64,000 nucleotides of DNA from contig RBZT01000125.1 in the NCBI GenBank assembly GCA_003693705.1, positions 434,001 through 498,000 of the forward strand. The letters run 5' to 3'. Source of the stretch: Polymyxa betae A26-41 (taxonomy: Eukaryota; Protista; Endomyxa: Phytomyxea). The notes under the pieces were generated by a model, which saw only the letters and a list, made by a program, of their open reading frames with translations, was not told the DNA's origin and did not search any database. Both the position numbers and the translations under genes were made by a program. Positions 26,005 through 39,851 of this stretch are shown here, piece by piece; position 1 is the stretch's first letter; each line of letters begins with the position of its first letter.

Positions 26005-26224
26005 CTATCCCAACCACTTAATATCTATGCAGTTTTATTTATTCTCCCATATATAAACTATTACAGAAACTCTGCTCATAATCGTAAGAACTTACCTGTT
26101 AGCTCACTGCTACTCATGGATATCATTGCCGTCAACAATATACTTAGTGGGCGTGGCCAGGGTAACGTAGAGTGGCTGATAATGATGGCATTCATTTCTA
26201 GAAAGCATAATTAATCAGTTAGTG

Positions 26225-28451
26225 ATGTCTTCTGGTTCACCGCTGAGAAGAGCGGGTTCAAACTCGTCGCTGGCCGTATTAGAGTCTGGCTTTGAAGCGG
26301 CTGGCTCCGAAGAGTATCAGACCAAAGGCCAATATGCTACGTTGTTATCTAACAACAATCATGACCTTCTCATTGAAGGTGTCGTCAAATTGCTTCATGA
26401 CTTATGACCTATTTATTGTTTGTTCTGCTTAGAAGATGTCACATCCTCAGATCAAAAGCCTAACGCTTTCGTTTCTGCCCCAGTTCGCCAAGTTAACAAC
26501 AACATGCAGAAGCTTGAGAGGTGGATGTTTCGACATTTACTCAAAATTACCCTCATCTCCCAGACTTTCGTATTGCTTGTGATAAGATGTATGTAAAAAG
26601 CTATTTGGATCAACCTTCGCATGAAACTATTCTTTTAGGGTTCCATCCGAAGGCGTTCGCATTTGACAGGAACAGAAATGTCAGCATCGAGGTATGATCA
26701 ATATTTCATCTCTAAAACTCCTATCTAGCTGTCATAGGCGTTTTGTTGGTTTTCAGAAATTGCTCTGGCTGTTTGCAATACCATTGCTAACATCAATGCG
26801 TATGGTTTATCCATTGCTTTTCGGCAGACGCTCTGAGTACCTCATTTATCAGGGCACGATCGATTATGAACGCTTATGTGAGCCTTTCTTCTCTGATTCA
26901 ACTTTATATATCTAATACGATTGTATTCGCAGGATTGTATTTCTCGTAAGTTATTTCTCTATTTGCTAGCACTAATTCACGGCTAAATTATCAACTAGAT
27001 GTTTTCTGGTTGATCAATTCTCGTTTCGGCTGCAAACCGATTTTAGCGATCACGGCCCCTCTGCAACCTTCATTGTAATCCAGGCTCATACTGACCTGAC
27101 TGAAATCCTAATGCGAAGTTATTTGTCAGATTTTTTGGTATTTTTCTTTTGCAACGCAATCTACAAGTGGATTTGGTGACATCATACCGAGGAGATTTGT
27201 GTCGCAAGCTCTGACTTCAATGCAAATGCTAATTTCAGTATTATATTCCGGTCTAAAGGACTTAACATGTTTTACCAAAAAATGACCTTTATTCTCAGTT
27301 GCCATTTTTGCTGTTGGCACAACTCACATAAGAATTCAGCATGAGCTCAATGCTAGGGAGAGTGTAAGACGCGTTGAAAGTAGCTTCGACATTGAAGCAA
27401 TTACTGGAAGGTTTTCGAATCAATTCGAGAGGTGGGCTGATTCGATCGCCTGCTTTTTTCATTGATTGAGTTGTAGGTACATACCTGGATATCATCTTCT
27501 AAGTGTTTTCATTCGCAAAGCTCCTCTACTACTAACTTGTTTGACGATGCTTCTGTGTCTGCTTATTGTGATTATTTTCAAAGTCGATTTTTCTGACATT
27601 TTGCAACCAAGTGCGAAATTAGGTTGACTTTGTTGAACAAATTGCATTTTCGTGTCTGATTACCCTCTTAGTGTTTACCGCACTGTTTGTTTTGATGCTG
27701 CAATGTGCCAATTTCATCGTCGTCATGACAACTTCGTTCATACTTGTTCGTAAGATCAATGCCGAAGATGTATATTTTAATTATCGCAGTCTTATCCAAG
27801 CTTTAACATCGCGAATTCCAGGTGACGCCAGAATTTCTCATCCAGAGCTATCTTTCCACTGCATTATTGTTCGGTGGAATGTATTTCACCATTTACGTTA
27901 TTGAGGGCCCATCATCATTTCATTTGGTCCCAAGCGACCTGCAAGGAAAAAATATCGCACAACTGATATTTCACTTTGGGTAACAAGCTTCTCATCTCCG
28001 ACAGGGTAAACTAAGCACTATGATGCTTTCAGGTACTTTGCTATATCGGCGCAGACAGGATGCGGTTTTGGTGATATTTGTATGTGCCAAAATTGAATGC
28101 GAGAAAATTGACATATTTACCGTTGTGCAGATCCCTTGGTAAATGCCCAGCTAAAATGGTGTTCATTCCATCTTAGATGCTCATAGTCGATTTCAACTCG
28201 TTTAGTTGTCTCATTTCACTTCTTAGTGTCAATGATATACACCGGTAATGCTCACACCATACGGCTGGCATCATTGATTGATGTGTTTTGCCATTCCTAT
28301 AGCAATTATTCTTGGATTGGGACTTTCCAATCTGGTCGATCGGATAATTCCAGGTAGAATATTAGCTTCAGCTAAAAATCTGAATCGTCCTGTGGTGCTG
28401 CAGACAAGGCCTGTGCCACTGTCTAAATCAGACGACACCGAATCTATTTAA
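26225..28451 (+). CDS. Potassium-channel-superfamily protein with two pore loops
   Basis: P-loop 1 FWYFSFATQSTSGFGDIIP (~27130-27190) and P-loop 2 WYFAISAQTGCGFGDIYP (~28030-28140), each flanked by TM helices; many short exons. Confidence 0.75.
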
Positions 28452-28572
28452 GTCACTTATCAGTAATAGTGACTGGGAGCTGTTTAAATATATCAATATT
28501 AAATACATATTCGAGCAGACAATTTGAACGCCTTTAGGTGCATGCACTCGACGTTAATCGATGGTTAGGCTG

Positions 28573-28941
28573 TTAGACATGAGAGAATTTTTCTGGACGC
28601 CTACTTGGTAATAACTGGACTGGAGAGGGGAATGTTGAATGGTTGCCAGGTTCTTTCGAGATAACCGGAGAAGCATAACGCACTGGAACGACGATGGTTC
28701 CTTCAACGGTCGCTTGGCCTCTAAGAAGTCTGTTATATAAGCGAAATGCTCCAAACAATAGAAGTGCTCCGATCACAATACAGATAATCCCGATGATAAC
28801 GCTTTCCGATTGAGCATGACTTGTATCGCAACCGCCTGTATTCTGGCATCCTAAACGCTGATTTTGGGCGATAACACCAGCTGCGATTACAGATCCAATT
28901 ATGATTTGTTTCCAAAGAGATTGCGGAAAAGCAATCTTCAT
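28573..28941 (-). CDS. Small single-pass membrane protein (signal/anchor, short Cys-pair ectodomain, TM helix)
   Basis: MKIAFPQSLWKQIIIGSVIAAGVIA, GCQNTGGCD, VIIGIICIVIGALLLFGAF followed by basic residues. Confidence 0.55.
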   Translation of the reverse strand: MKIAFPQSLWKQIIIGSVIAAGVIAQNQRLGCQNTGGCDTSHAQSESVIIGIICIVIGALLLFGAFRLYNRLLRGQATVEGTIVVPVRYASPVISKEPGNHSTFPSPVQLLPSRRPEKFSHV

Positions 28942-29383
28942 GTTGTGCACCTTTTTTCGAATTCTGTATGACAAGTGACTCAACTGAACTGCACAACCGA
29001 CAATTTAAGGATGCACGCGCCACCTTATAATAGTCGGTAAATGCCGGAGTGAGATATATGCTGATTGTCAGTGATTGATGAAAACCCAAATCGATCTATT
29101 GATCGCATGCATAACGTATTACACCCACAGCTCATATGGCTATCATATCCATCAACTATGGGCTATAGTATACTCAGTGCAGTGGCCGCACTTCGTCGGT
29201 GTTAGCAGCTCCCGCGAGATTGTCATTCATGACAGGCTCGGTCAAGATTGTTTACGGTCATAACTAAAGGAAACATAATCTTCACAGTACGTATCTCAAA
29301 CGACATTCGCCATTAGAGCGATTATGAATTTCTTGAGTGTGTGATTGTCGCAGATCCGTACTCTTATTTCAGTATGTCCAAGG

Positions 29384-29421
29384 TTAGGGTAGGGTTAGGG
29401 CTTTAGGGTTTGTGCTTAGGG
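29384..29421 (+). repeat. Degenerate interstitial telomere-like tract (TTAGGG/TTTAGGG units)
   Basis: ttaggg-taggg-ttaggg-c-tttaggg-tttgtgc-ttaggg: five units in 38 nt. Confidence 0.7.
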
Positions 29422-30304
29422 TTCAATGAGCACCACCGGTAGATTTGCGTGTGTGTTGAGGCCGCGCACTGAAATCACCCCATCTTCTATAAAATGCCAA
29501 ATTGGCAATTTCATGGTCTTTTCGAGGACAAGGGGACGTTTCAAAATACAAAATGCGACAACAAAATGCACAACTCATTTATAATTTTAGTAGGACATTC
29601 CAATTTCATTTTCTTCTGATCAGCTCCTTAACTTAAGATAAAGCGATCACATAAATCTACATAAATATCCATATAAGCAGAACCTTGTACCAATACTCAG
29701 TCTTCAGTTTCCAGGGTAGTAAAATCCAATCCAATCCAACCACCGCACAATAATATTGAAAATGCAGTTGCTGCTTTAAGGGCCAATTTTAATTCACGTT
29801 GGGTAATAACTAAGTAAAAGGTGACTAGGATATAAACACGACCTGGCCGGTCTAGGAAGATGCTGTAAGGAATATCGACGCAGTTCACTTCCTATGAACA
29901 GAATTTCGGAGCTAGATTATCGTCATGCAAACAGAATCCTAGCTTCCCAGGTCGGTCAAGCGCGAGCCTCTCCGACCGAGCTGCACAAGTTCGGATCGGA
30001 GAACATCGTGTGCATTCACATATCTCGCTCACGGTTAGCCGACGGATACTGCTGCTTGAAGGCGACAAACGCAGCTCGGTGACGACGTTTGTTCGGGTGA
30101 ATGGAATGCCTGGTGACAGAGAGAGCCATGTTGATTCGGACTGCGCAGTTTGTTTCTGCGCAGATAGGTTTGATGGAGTAGCTGCCGAAGGGGACGATTC
30201 TCGACTCCATCCGGCTACCCCGTGACGGCGTCATCACCATATCTTGGTCTCCATCTGCTACATACGTCGTCTGGCCAAGTTAGACAGCTGCAGCTGACTT
30301 CGTT

Positions 30305-31564
30305 ATGGATGATCCAAGCAATAATTCCGGGACGGATCACGGATCCGGCACCAAACCGCAATACAGCCGTCGATCTCACTCCCTCGGTGTTCTAATTCTT
30401 CTGGTATTATCATGTTCTAATTTCAGGCTATATAATGGTAATGGTTGGCTGTTAGGCGATCTCTGCGAGTTTCGTGGGCTCGTCATTCGTGACGCAACAG
30501 CTTCAAATGCCGTTTTTCTGTTCATATTTCAACAACTCGTTTTCGTCTGTGTATATCGTGGCGTATCTCAGCAAGATGCTGATCGGACGTGACCAACAGG
30601 CTTCAGAAACTGCCGCGACAGATCTTCGGAAAGTGCATTGGCAGACTGCTAAACAGGCCATGCTATTTATGCCATTGATGTAATTCGTTTCTTCCTGATT
30701 ATCGTGGCTGACAATTTTTGCAGCTTTTCAATGTCAGTATCATTCAATTGGTCGTTGGATCACACGAGTATGTCCAACAATAGTGTTATCTGCTCTTCTT
30801 CTGGCTTCTTCGCTTTAATGTTCTCATGGGTCTTGATGCGATCACCAATTCGGCTGGTTAACATGCTGGGCGCTTTATTGACGTAGGGCTCTGAAGATTG
30901 ATCGTAAATTGTATTGCTGATCTATCCCTTCCAGAATGGTTGGCATATTCCTTGTATCGTGGTTCACAGAATCATCGCATGCTTCGTCCTCGATTGTAGG
31001 CGATGCCGCTGCCATGGTATCTGCGATTCTGAGCGGTTTCTACACTTCGCTGATTTCAAAGCGTATTCCTTCTGAAAGCCCCGTGAATATGACCCTCTTC
31101 TTCGGTTTGATCGGCATATTCGGGTGCATCGTCTTTATGCCCGGCATCTATCTTCTACATCATTTCGGAATCGAAAATAGCCTAATTCAGATTTCTGGCG
31201 CTGAAGTCGGCAAATTGTTTTTGAACGCTTGCCTGACCATTGCTGCGAATTTGATGTGGGCTAAAGCTATCCAGCTGACGTCGCCGTTTATGGCAACGAT
31301 TGGCTTAGGCATGACGACGCCACTAACCATGGTCGTTGATTTTCTTGTCCTTAGAAAGGTTATTATTCCTGAACCAACAACCAGTATTGTTTGCTCAACT
31401 TATTTTTATAGAGGTTCGGGTTGGCCTACTGTTTTGGAGTCGGCCTTGTAATTCTAGGTTATTTGGTCACAAATATTCAACATCGTAACGATGGAGAAGA
31501 CTCGTTAAAAGAAACAGACAAACCAGTCGAAAAGTGCAAGATCGAATTTGCTGAAATGGCTTGA
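30305..31564 (+). CDS. DMT/EamA superfamily transporter, SLC35F5/Thi74-like
   Basis: GSSFVTQ..PFFCSYFNNS, SLDHTSMSNNSVICSSSGFFAL, IVGDAAA, FFGLIG, LMWAKAIQLTSPFMATIGLGMTTPL. Confidence 0.85.
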
Positions 31565-31741
31565 TTTAATTTATTGAATATATGATATATCTCACTGTTA
31601 GGTACCTACTAAACGTTCACAGATTTGCAGATTTTTTTTATGTGTAACGTGAAATGTACTGGAACATCAGCGGCCCTCTGAAGAACCTTAACGCTGTCTG
31701 ATTAAGCAGAACTATCATCGTTTAATAGAATTAGAAGTGGA

Positions 31742-34043
<2,302 letters not shown>

Positions 34044-35283
34044 GATGACAGTGATAACTGATGCCGAGTAACCGAATATCGAGTATGAGATGTTCTTCGG
34101 ACCACAAGTCTCTCTACACTCTACACAGTGAAAAGCGCCGCGTTGCCCCGTTCTCCGTGCCACTGCGCGAACTGTGCCCTCCCCACACTGGTCTGCAAAA
34201 AACAATAGAGGCTTGATTATATCAAGCCTTGACGGTGTAGCCTTTAAAGTCGGCCATACTGTGCAATTGGAGGCTGCCTTCTGATTTTGCTTTGTCTGGT
34301 GGTCCATACAGCATGCTGTCTATTCCAGCGCTTGCATAACAACTTTACGTATCAGCAATGCTAATAAAGTAGTGCCTTCTGTACTGAAAAACTTTCATGA
34401 TCTGAAAACCTCAAAAACGTTATAGTCAATTCCGGTTTATTGAGTACTGTATGGCCAGTATGGGTGACGAGAATTAACTGGGCATTCTCAAAAGTGCGCG
34501 ATGCCCAGTTCGAGGAATTGCAAGAATGAAGCGGTTTTCACCGTACAGCTAAAGTTGGAGGCACCGTATTAAACAGATTAAACAAAAAAATTGTGCGATT
34601 TCTGATCGAAAGTACTTGCAGAGCGATCTTGAGTCAGCATTGAAATCCATTGCTGTAGAAACAATATCTTCAAAAGCAATGCGAACGGCCAATGATCTCA
34701 TGAAGATTATTGGTCTTGTTCGGGAGACTCGCTACCTTGAACCCCTTTATCAGGGTTTGTGCTGAGGAGTTCCTTTGTTAGCCGGCCTTATCAGCGGTTA
34801 GTGCGCGACGCACAGCCAGGCATACTTTTGATTTAAAAGTAGCGCCATGGCGGAAAAAGCAGATTCGGAGAATCGTTTAATTAATTCTGTGTTTATTTAC
34901 TTTGGATGTGTACCGATACCAGTCGCTTCTTTCTGCATTTAGTTCTTCAAATGGCCTCAGCCATGAGCTGCTACGACATTCGGGAGCATTATCTACTCGG
35001 ACGGTTCTGCAAGAAAAGAGATCGTCGAACACGAACCACATGCCATTTGGGGATTTCGCTGCGATTTTTCCAACTAAAATCCCTCAATCGTTATCCAGCA
35101 TATCGTTAGCTCGTGGTCAACGTCTACGCAGTGATATAAAGTACCAAACATGGCGCACTTTCGAAAATGCCAAGTTCTGAATGCCCTGTAATTCTGGTCC
35201 CGCCCCCCTTGATATAATTGCGAACGACTTTGACTTAATGCGAGACTGAGACTGTCGAGTATTATGTTATAGCGGACGCTCTC

Positions 35284-36081
35284 ATGGTGTCAAGATGGAC
35301 AATCGTCTTGTTTGTGGTTGTCGTCGTCCAGGTTCAGTACTGTATCAGTGCGGAAGTAGATACGCATGTGAATCTGAATAAGCATCTTTTGAAACCCATG
35401 CAATCAGTTCGACCTTCATCTGAACAAGTCGCCGACTGGCTGAGTCACTTGCCATCCCTATCGATTCTCCGTAATCGCTACCAACACAATCGTCACCAAG
35501 CATCACAAGGACCACCGAGGCCAATATGTGTTAAACGTAAGCAGACACCTAATCGTTTCATACGTTTTATCAAGAAACTTCTTCCCGGTTGGACTAATTT
35601 CAGCTTTACAAGATGGTGTTTAACGCCAATATGTGGTCAAAAGCCTGATGATGATGACAGCTCCTCAACATCTTCATTCGGTTACGTAAGCGCTTGCCAG
35701 ATATCGTTACCATATGTAAGCTCTCTCAGCTCTGGCGGTGGTGATATCGTCTTGGAAATTAATCCCAACGATGGAACTTACACAATCCGTCGATTTTCAA
35801 CACCAGATTCGAGTTCTGTCTTGGAAAGCTTCTCGGGTCCACTAGAATCGATGGGTTCCAGCTTTCGATCCGCTCAGCAATCGCTCACGCCTCGACGGCT
35901 ATCGGTGGGAGAATCGAGCTTCCGGTTCGATTCGAGACCGCACAGCCCCATTCACTTCTCACCCAGCCCCATGCACTTCTCATTTGGAGAATCAAGTACC
36001 CAATGCGAGCGTATCGATGAGGAGGACGTCTCTAGCGAGCTCACGTTCCGCATACCTCCGGTATTCTGCAGTGATTTATGA
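35284..36081 (+). CDS. Secreted Ser-rich orphan protein (candidate effector)
   Basis: Intronless 265-aa ORF with a signal peptide (MVSRWTIVLFVVVVVQVQYCISA) and no further TM helix. No recognisable family. Confidence 0.65.
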   Translation: MVSRWTIVLFVVVVVQVQYCISAEVDTHVNLNKHLLKPMQSVRPSSEQVADWLSHLPSLSILRNRYQHNRHQASQGPPRPICVKRKQTPNRFIRFIKKLLPGWTNFSFTRWCLTPICGQKPDDDDSSSTSSFGYVSACQISLPYVSSLSSGGGDIVLEINPNDGTYTIRRFSTPDSSSVLESFSGPLESMGSSFRSAQQSLTPRRLSVGESSFRFDSRPHSPIHFSPSPMHFSFGESSTQCERIDEEDVSSELTFRIPPVFCSDL

Positions 36082-36350
36082 CCTACTATAAATTCTGTAC
36101 ATACATGTACAAACACTATAGAATCGTCTTTAACCAATGGTCGTTAGGCACCACATGGTTTGCCTGCAGGCAGTAGCCTGCCCTACAGGGAGACTCCAAC
36201 ATCTTATCTGATGAACAGCAACTGGCTGAATTCACCCAAACAGACTCCTGCTGTAATGTTACAGCTGCAGCCTGCATCATTGGTTGGCTGCGCCCATCCT
36301 ACTTTGAAACTGTCTGTCTGTGTTCAGAACACAATCCAACAATTCTTCTG

Positions 36351-37391
36351 ATGACAAAGCCTGTCTTTGTCTTGACCCAATCTGTCGTCGATCCAACCGA
36401 ATCCCGAATCGATCCGGCGACCGGCACCCGTTACGTCGATGTTGATGTTGCGACGGCCGACGTACACATTGCCGGGGAATCGGCGGCCGGAGTCATCGAC
36501 AACTTCGACGAGATTAGGCCCCTTCCATATCCGCTTCGAGTTCAGCGAATGCTTCTTGATGATGTGACCTTCGACCGAAATGAGCTCCAGGAGCTGATCG
36601 ATTCGTGTCGGCCGCGGTCGTTGAGTATACAGAACTGCCGAGGCCTGACACTGAGGCATATTCCCATATCGATCCAGCAGCTCGATCTATCAGGTAATCA
36701 CGAGCTATTCATGGCTTCTGATGTATCCATTATAATCGACTGTCTGCCACAACTCAATCTCTTGTGCCTGGAACATTGCGAGCTATCAAAAGAACAGTGT
36801 GCGACACTGGCTGCTGCTGTCTCTCGAGCTCCCAATCTGAAGCATCTCAATATGGCTGGAAATGATATTGGAAACGTTGGAATTGAGATTCTAAGCTTCA
36901 ATCTGAAGATGTCAAGATCAATCGAAGAGCTAATTGTTGCAGAATGTAACATCTCTGAAAGCGGTGCCATTTGTCTAGCATCGCATCTACCAGAACTGGA
37001 CAACCTTCGTATGCTGGACCTGGAACTAAACCAGTTACGAACAGAGGGCGTTCATGCCATCGTACAATCGCTTGTACGCTGCCAAAACCTTCAGCGCATC
37101 AATTTGGCACAATGCGGATGTAGCGATGTTCACCATCTTCTGAGCTCGTGCACCAATCAGACACTTCTGGAAGTGGATATCGATCAAGCACCAGATGCCC
37201 AGGAAGTGATCGCTGCCTTCACATCACGAAATCTGGCCTCTACTGTGTCACAGACAAGATGCCTGTTTTTAGGCTCAGAAATCGTCCGGAAATTTACTTC
37301 TAGTCCGACATTCGACCGAAGCCTACTGCATAAGATCTTCTCTATGTGTCCTCCGATTTGCCCATTTCCAAAACGAAGGCATTCTTCATAG
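36351..37391 (+). CDS. Leucine-rich repeat protein (ribonuclease-inhibitor-like repeats)
   Basis: Intronless ORF with 28-residue LRRs: LKHLNMAGNDIG, IEELIVAECNIS, LRMLDLELNQLR, LQRINLAQCGC. Confidence 0.85.
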   Translation: MTKPVFVLTQSVVDPTESRIDPATGTRYVDVDVATADVHIAGESAAGVIDNFDEIRPLPYPLRVQRMLLDDVTFDRNELQELIDSCRPRSLSIQNCRGLTLRHIPISIQQLDLSGNHELFMASDVSIIIDCLPQLNLLCLEHCELSKEQCATLAAAVSRAPNLKHLNMAGNDIGNVGIEILSFNLKMSRSIEELIVAECNISESGAICLASHLPELDNLRMLDLELNQLRTEGVHAIVQSLVRCQNLQRINLAQCGCSDVHHLLSSCTNQTLLEVDIDQAPDAQEVIAAFTSRNLASTVSQTRCLFLGSEIVRKFTSSPTFDRSLLHKIFSMCPPICPFPKRRHSS

Positions 37392-37415
37392 GTCGCTTGT
37401 GAACACGTTCGCTGA

Positions 37416-38891
37416 TTATTGCCCCTTTCCAAGCAATGGCGAAATGCGCGATATCCAGGTCGCTCTGGATTGCTCATTTTCAGCTACGAACGTGACATCC
37501 TGATTCGGTGTAGAGAGCTTCATATCGAAAGCGTCTGCTGTAGTGTCCAACGTGGTCTCGCTGAGGTACATAACACCTAAGATTTGAACTGAATTAAGGT
37601 TCGAACGGGATCGGTTGGACGCCGAACCTTTAAATTTATGGGACGTGCTGGTCCACAGACAAATATCACTAAATAGGTATGCAACGCAATCAACTGTGGA
37701 CCTGCCAATTGGCGAGAATCCCGACAGCTGTTTGCGGACTGCCAGATGCCCTTCATGCACCAGTGTCCTTCCTGGTTTGATTAACGACGCCTCATCGTCG
37801 TATCCCACAAGACGATTTTGTATCTGGATGATCTGGGGAGTGTTTGTATCATGATTTTAAGTCAACATCTAAAACTATTGTTACCTTCGTGACGTTCTCA
37901 AAATTTGCTTTAGCCGAGTTGATATGCGATGTTATCTTCTCAATGCGTTCTGTAGCTGTTGCTAAAGCTGGATAATCATGGTGGAAGTCGGGCGTGTTCT
38001 TCCTCAGCTCTCTCAGCAACAGCAAATACCTCGGGACGCGTTGAATTGGCATGATCATGAAACTCTCCAGCGCTGCCACATTCGGATTCGCCGCCTTCAC
38101 TTTCTGTACGAACGACTGGAACTTCTTGCTGTTCCTCAGAGCACCCAACACTTGTAAGATGTTGTCATAGCTGTTCACGAACACCGTGTACATCTTCAAG
38201 AAGTCGCCTGTTTCATGTCAAGTTAAACCTGGACCAGCACCGTCCCATGCGTCTAACCAAACTTCACGAAAGTTGCTCCAACGTCCCTGGCTGATCTCAG
38301 CTGCGGTAGGAGCGCATCATGCAGGTTAGTAATAATCGTGAGGCTCTTGAAGGATAGCATATCGATCTCCTTCATTGTTAAGCCATTGGAGCGATTCTGT
38401 GCCGAAGCAGTCATGGGTTCGATCCAGATTTTCTCTAGCTGATGCAGGCTGCTCAGATATGATTCTTCCGTCTGAGAGAGGAACACCCTCAAACGTCATT
38501 CCAACAATCGATGGCCATCAATACACCAAACCTGAATGAGTTCGTTGATAATCAAGGTTCTCTTGCGCTCCATGGATTCTTCCGATCCCCATTTAGCAAT
38601 GGTGTTCTGACCCCAGAGCTGTAGCTCCGATTTCTCTGCTTTAACCTCACCAACATCTTGTTCTTTGATGGTGTCGGCTTGTTGTTGTTGTTGTTGTTGT
38701 TGTTTCTCTTTCGTCAAGTCCAGGCCCGAATCAAGTTTGTCATCGGGGTCCTCTGTGATCGAGATGTCAGTCACCGAGTCGCTGAGGTGGAACACGAATC
38801 GAGGTTTGGGCGCCTGTACGCTGGCGACCCAGAAGAGATATAGGAGTGTTAGTTGTAGAAAGAGGAATAGCCAGGCTGCAATCACTTCCAT
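37416..38891 (-). CDS. Dbl-family RhoGEF (DH-PH) with N-terminal hydrophobic helix
   Basis: RTLIINELIQTEESY, FLKMYTVFVNSY, ESFMIMPIQRVPRYLLLLREL; PH domain LIKPGRTLVHEG..YLFSDI. Confidence 0.9.
38679..38703. repeat. (TTG)n/(CAA)n microsatellite encoding poly-Gln in the RhoGEF
   Basis: About eight ttg units. Confidence 0.9.
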
Positions 38892-39173
38892 AACTGTATA
38901 ATGACATCATACATAGGTCGAAGGAGTCGGCACGCGTCCATCCCATCTTGTGTTTCAGACATGAAAACACATCATATTCGACATCATTAGTTGAACCAGA
39001 TTCGCCTGTTTTAATTACAGAAATGATGGTAGCTCATAGGAGCAGCCAGCTTTTGCAGATGATGATGTGATGCCTGCAATCGTTGTACATAAATCATGAG
39101 CAGAATCTGTGAACGACCAGAAAGCAGCGTTTTTTTGCAGCATTGTTAATTGTAGGATCTTGGCTGGAAGATA

Positions 39174-39809
39174 TCATGTCTTTCGTCTAGCGAATCGGCA
39201 TGGCTCTGAATGCATCTGCATAGATCTAATCAGATCCGTGTTTCGATGTGGCATATTTAACAGGGCCGCCTGACGTAACGCTGCCAACATGGGTGACGTG
39301 CGCTTCTTGAGCGCGACGATGGGCGGCTGCCGGGCCGGTATCACCTGCTGCGAACGGGATCGCGGTAATCTCGGAATGGCAGCCATTAGGGATGTCGCTT
39401 GCAATGAGAGTGGCTTCAACGTGGTCGTCGGCAGCGAATCCGTTGCTGACAAAGCCACCGGGTCGCCTTTCAGCTGGTCCAAGATCGAGACCGAGGGCGG
39501 ATCCACCCGCGGCGGCGCCCGCCGCTTCAGATTCGGGACCACGCGAAGCACCGATAGGTCGAACTGCTGGCCCACCGTCCCTGCCAGAGCCGTTGATTTC
39601 CGGATCTGGGGCTGGGCCGGCACCACACCGGCCAGTACGTCGGCGAAGGCGACCGCTCTGAGGTCGGCTCCGGTACCGACCGGTCTCTCGATATATCGGT
39701 GAATGCAGTCCTACGATCCATAATCAGGTCGGCAATGTATGGCTGGGGGGGGGGGGCCAGTATGACTGACCCGTATCTGGTCGAGGGCAGCGTCAGTACC
39801 GGGCGTCAT
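39174..39809 (-). CDS. Hypothetical basic low-complexity protein (two exons)
   Basis: MTPGTDAALDQIR joins in frame to DCIHRYIERPVG.. across a GT-AG intron (~39711-39770) and continues into ORF 39174-39626; GC-rich coding-like sequence. Confidence 0.5.
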
Positions 39810-39851
39810 GGCGTCGCCACGTCTGCAATGATCTGCTGGTACGGTCATTGA

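Noticed and set aside
34741-34800. Recurring cttatcagggttt-like words (also near 47668)
   Set aside because: Too short and too few to distinguish from chance.
38665-38901. Poly-Cys ORF on the + strand
   Set aside because: Antisense reading of the poly-Gln microsatellite.
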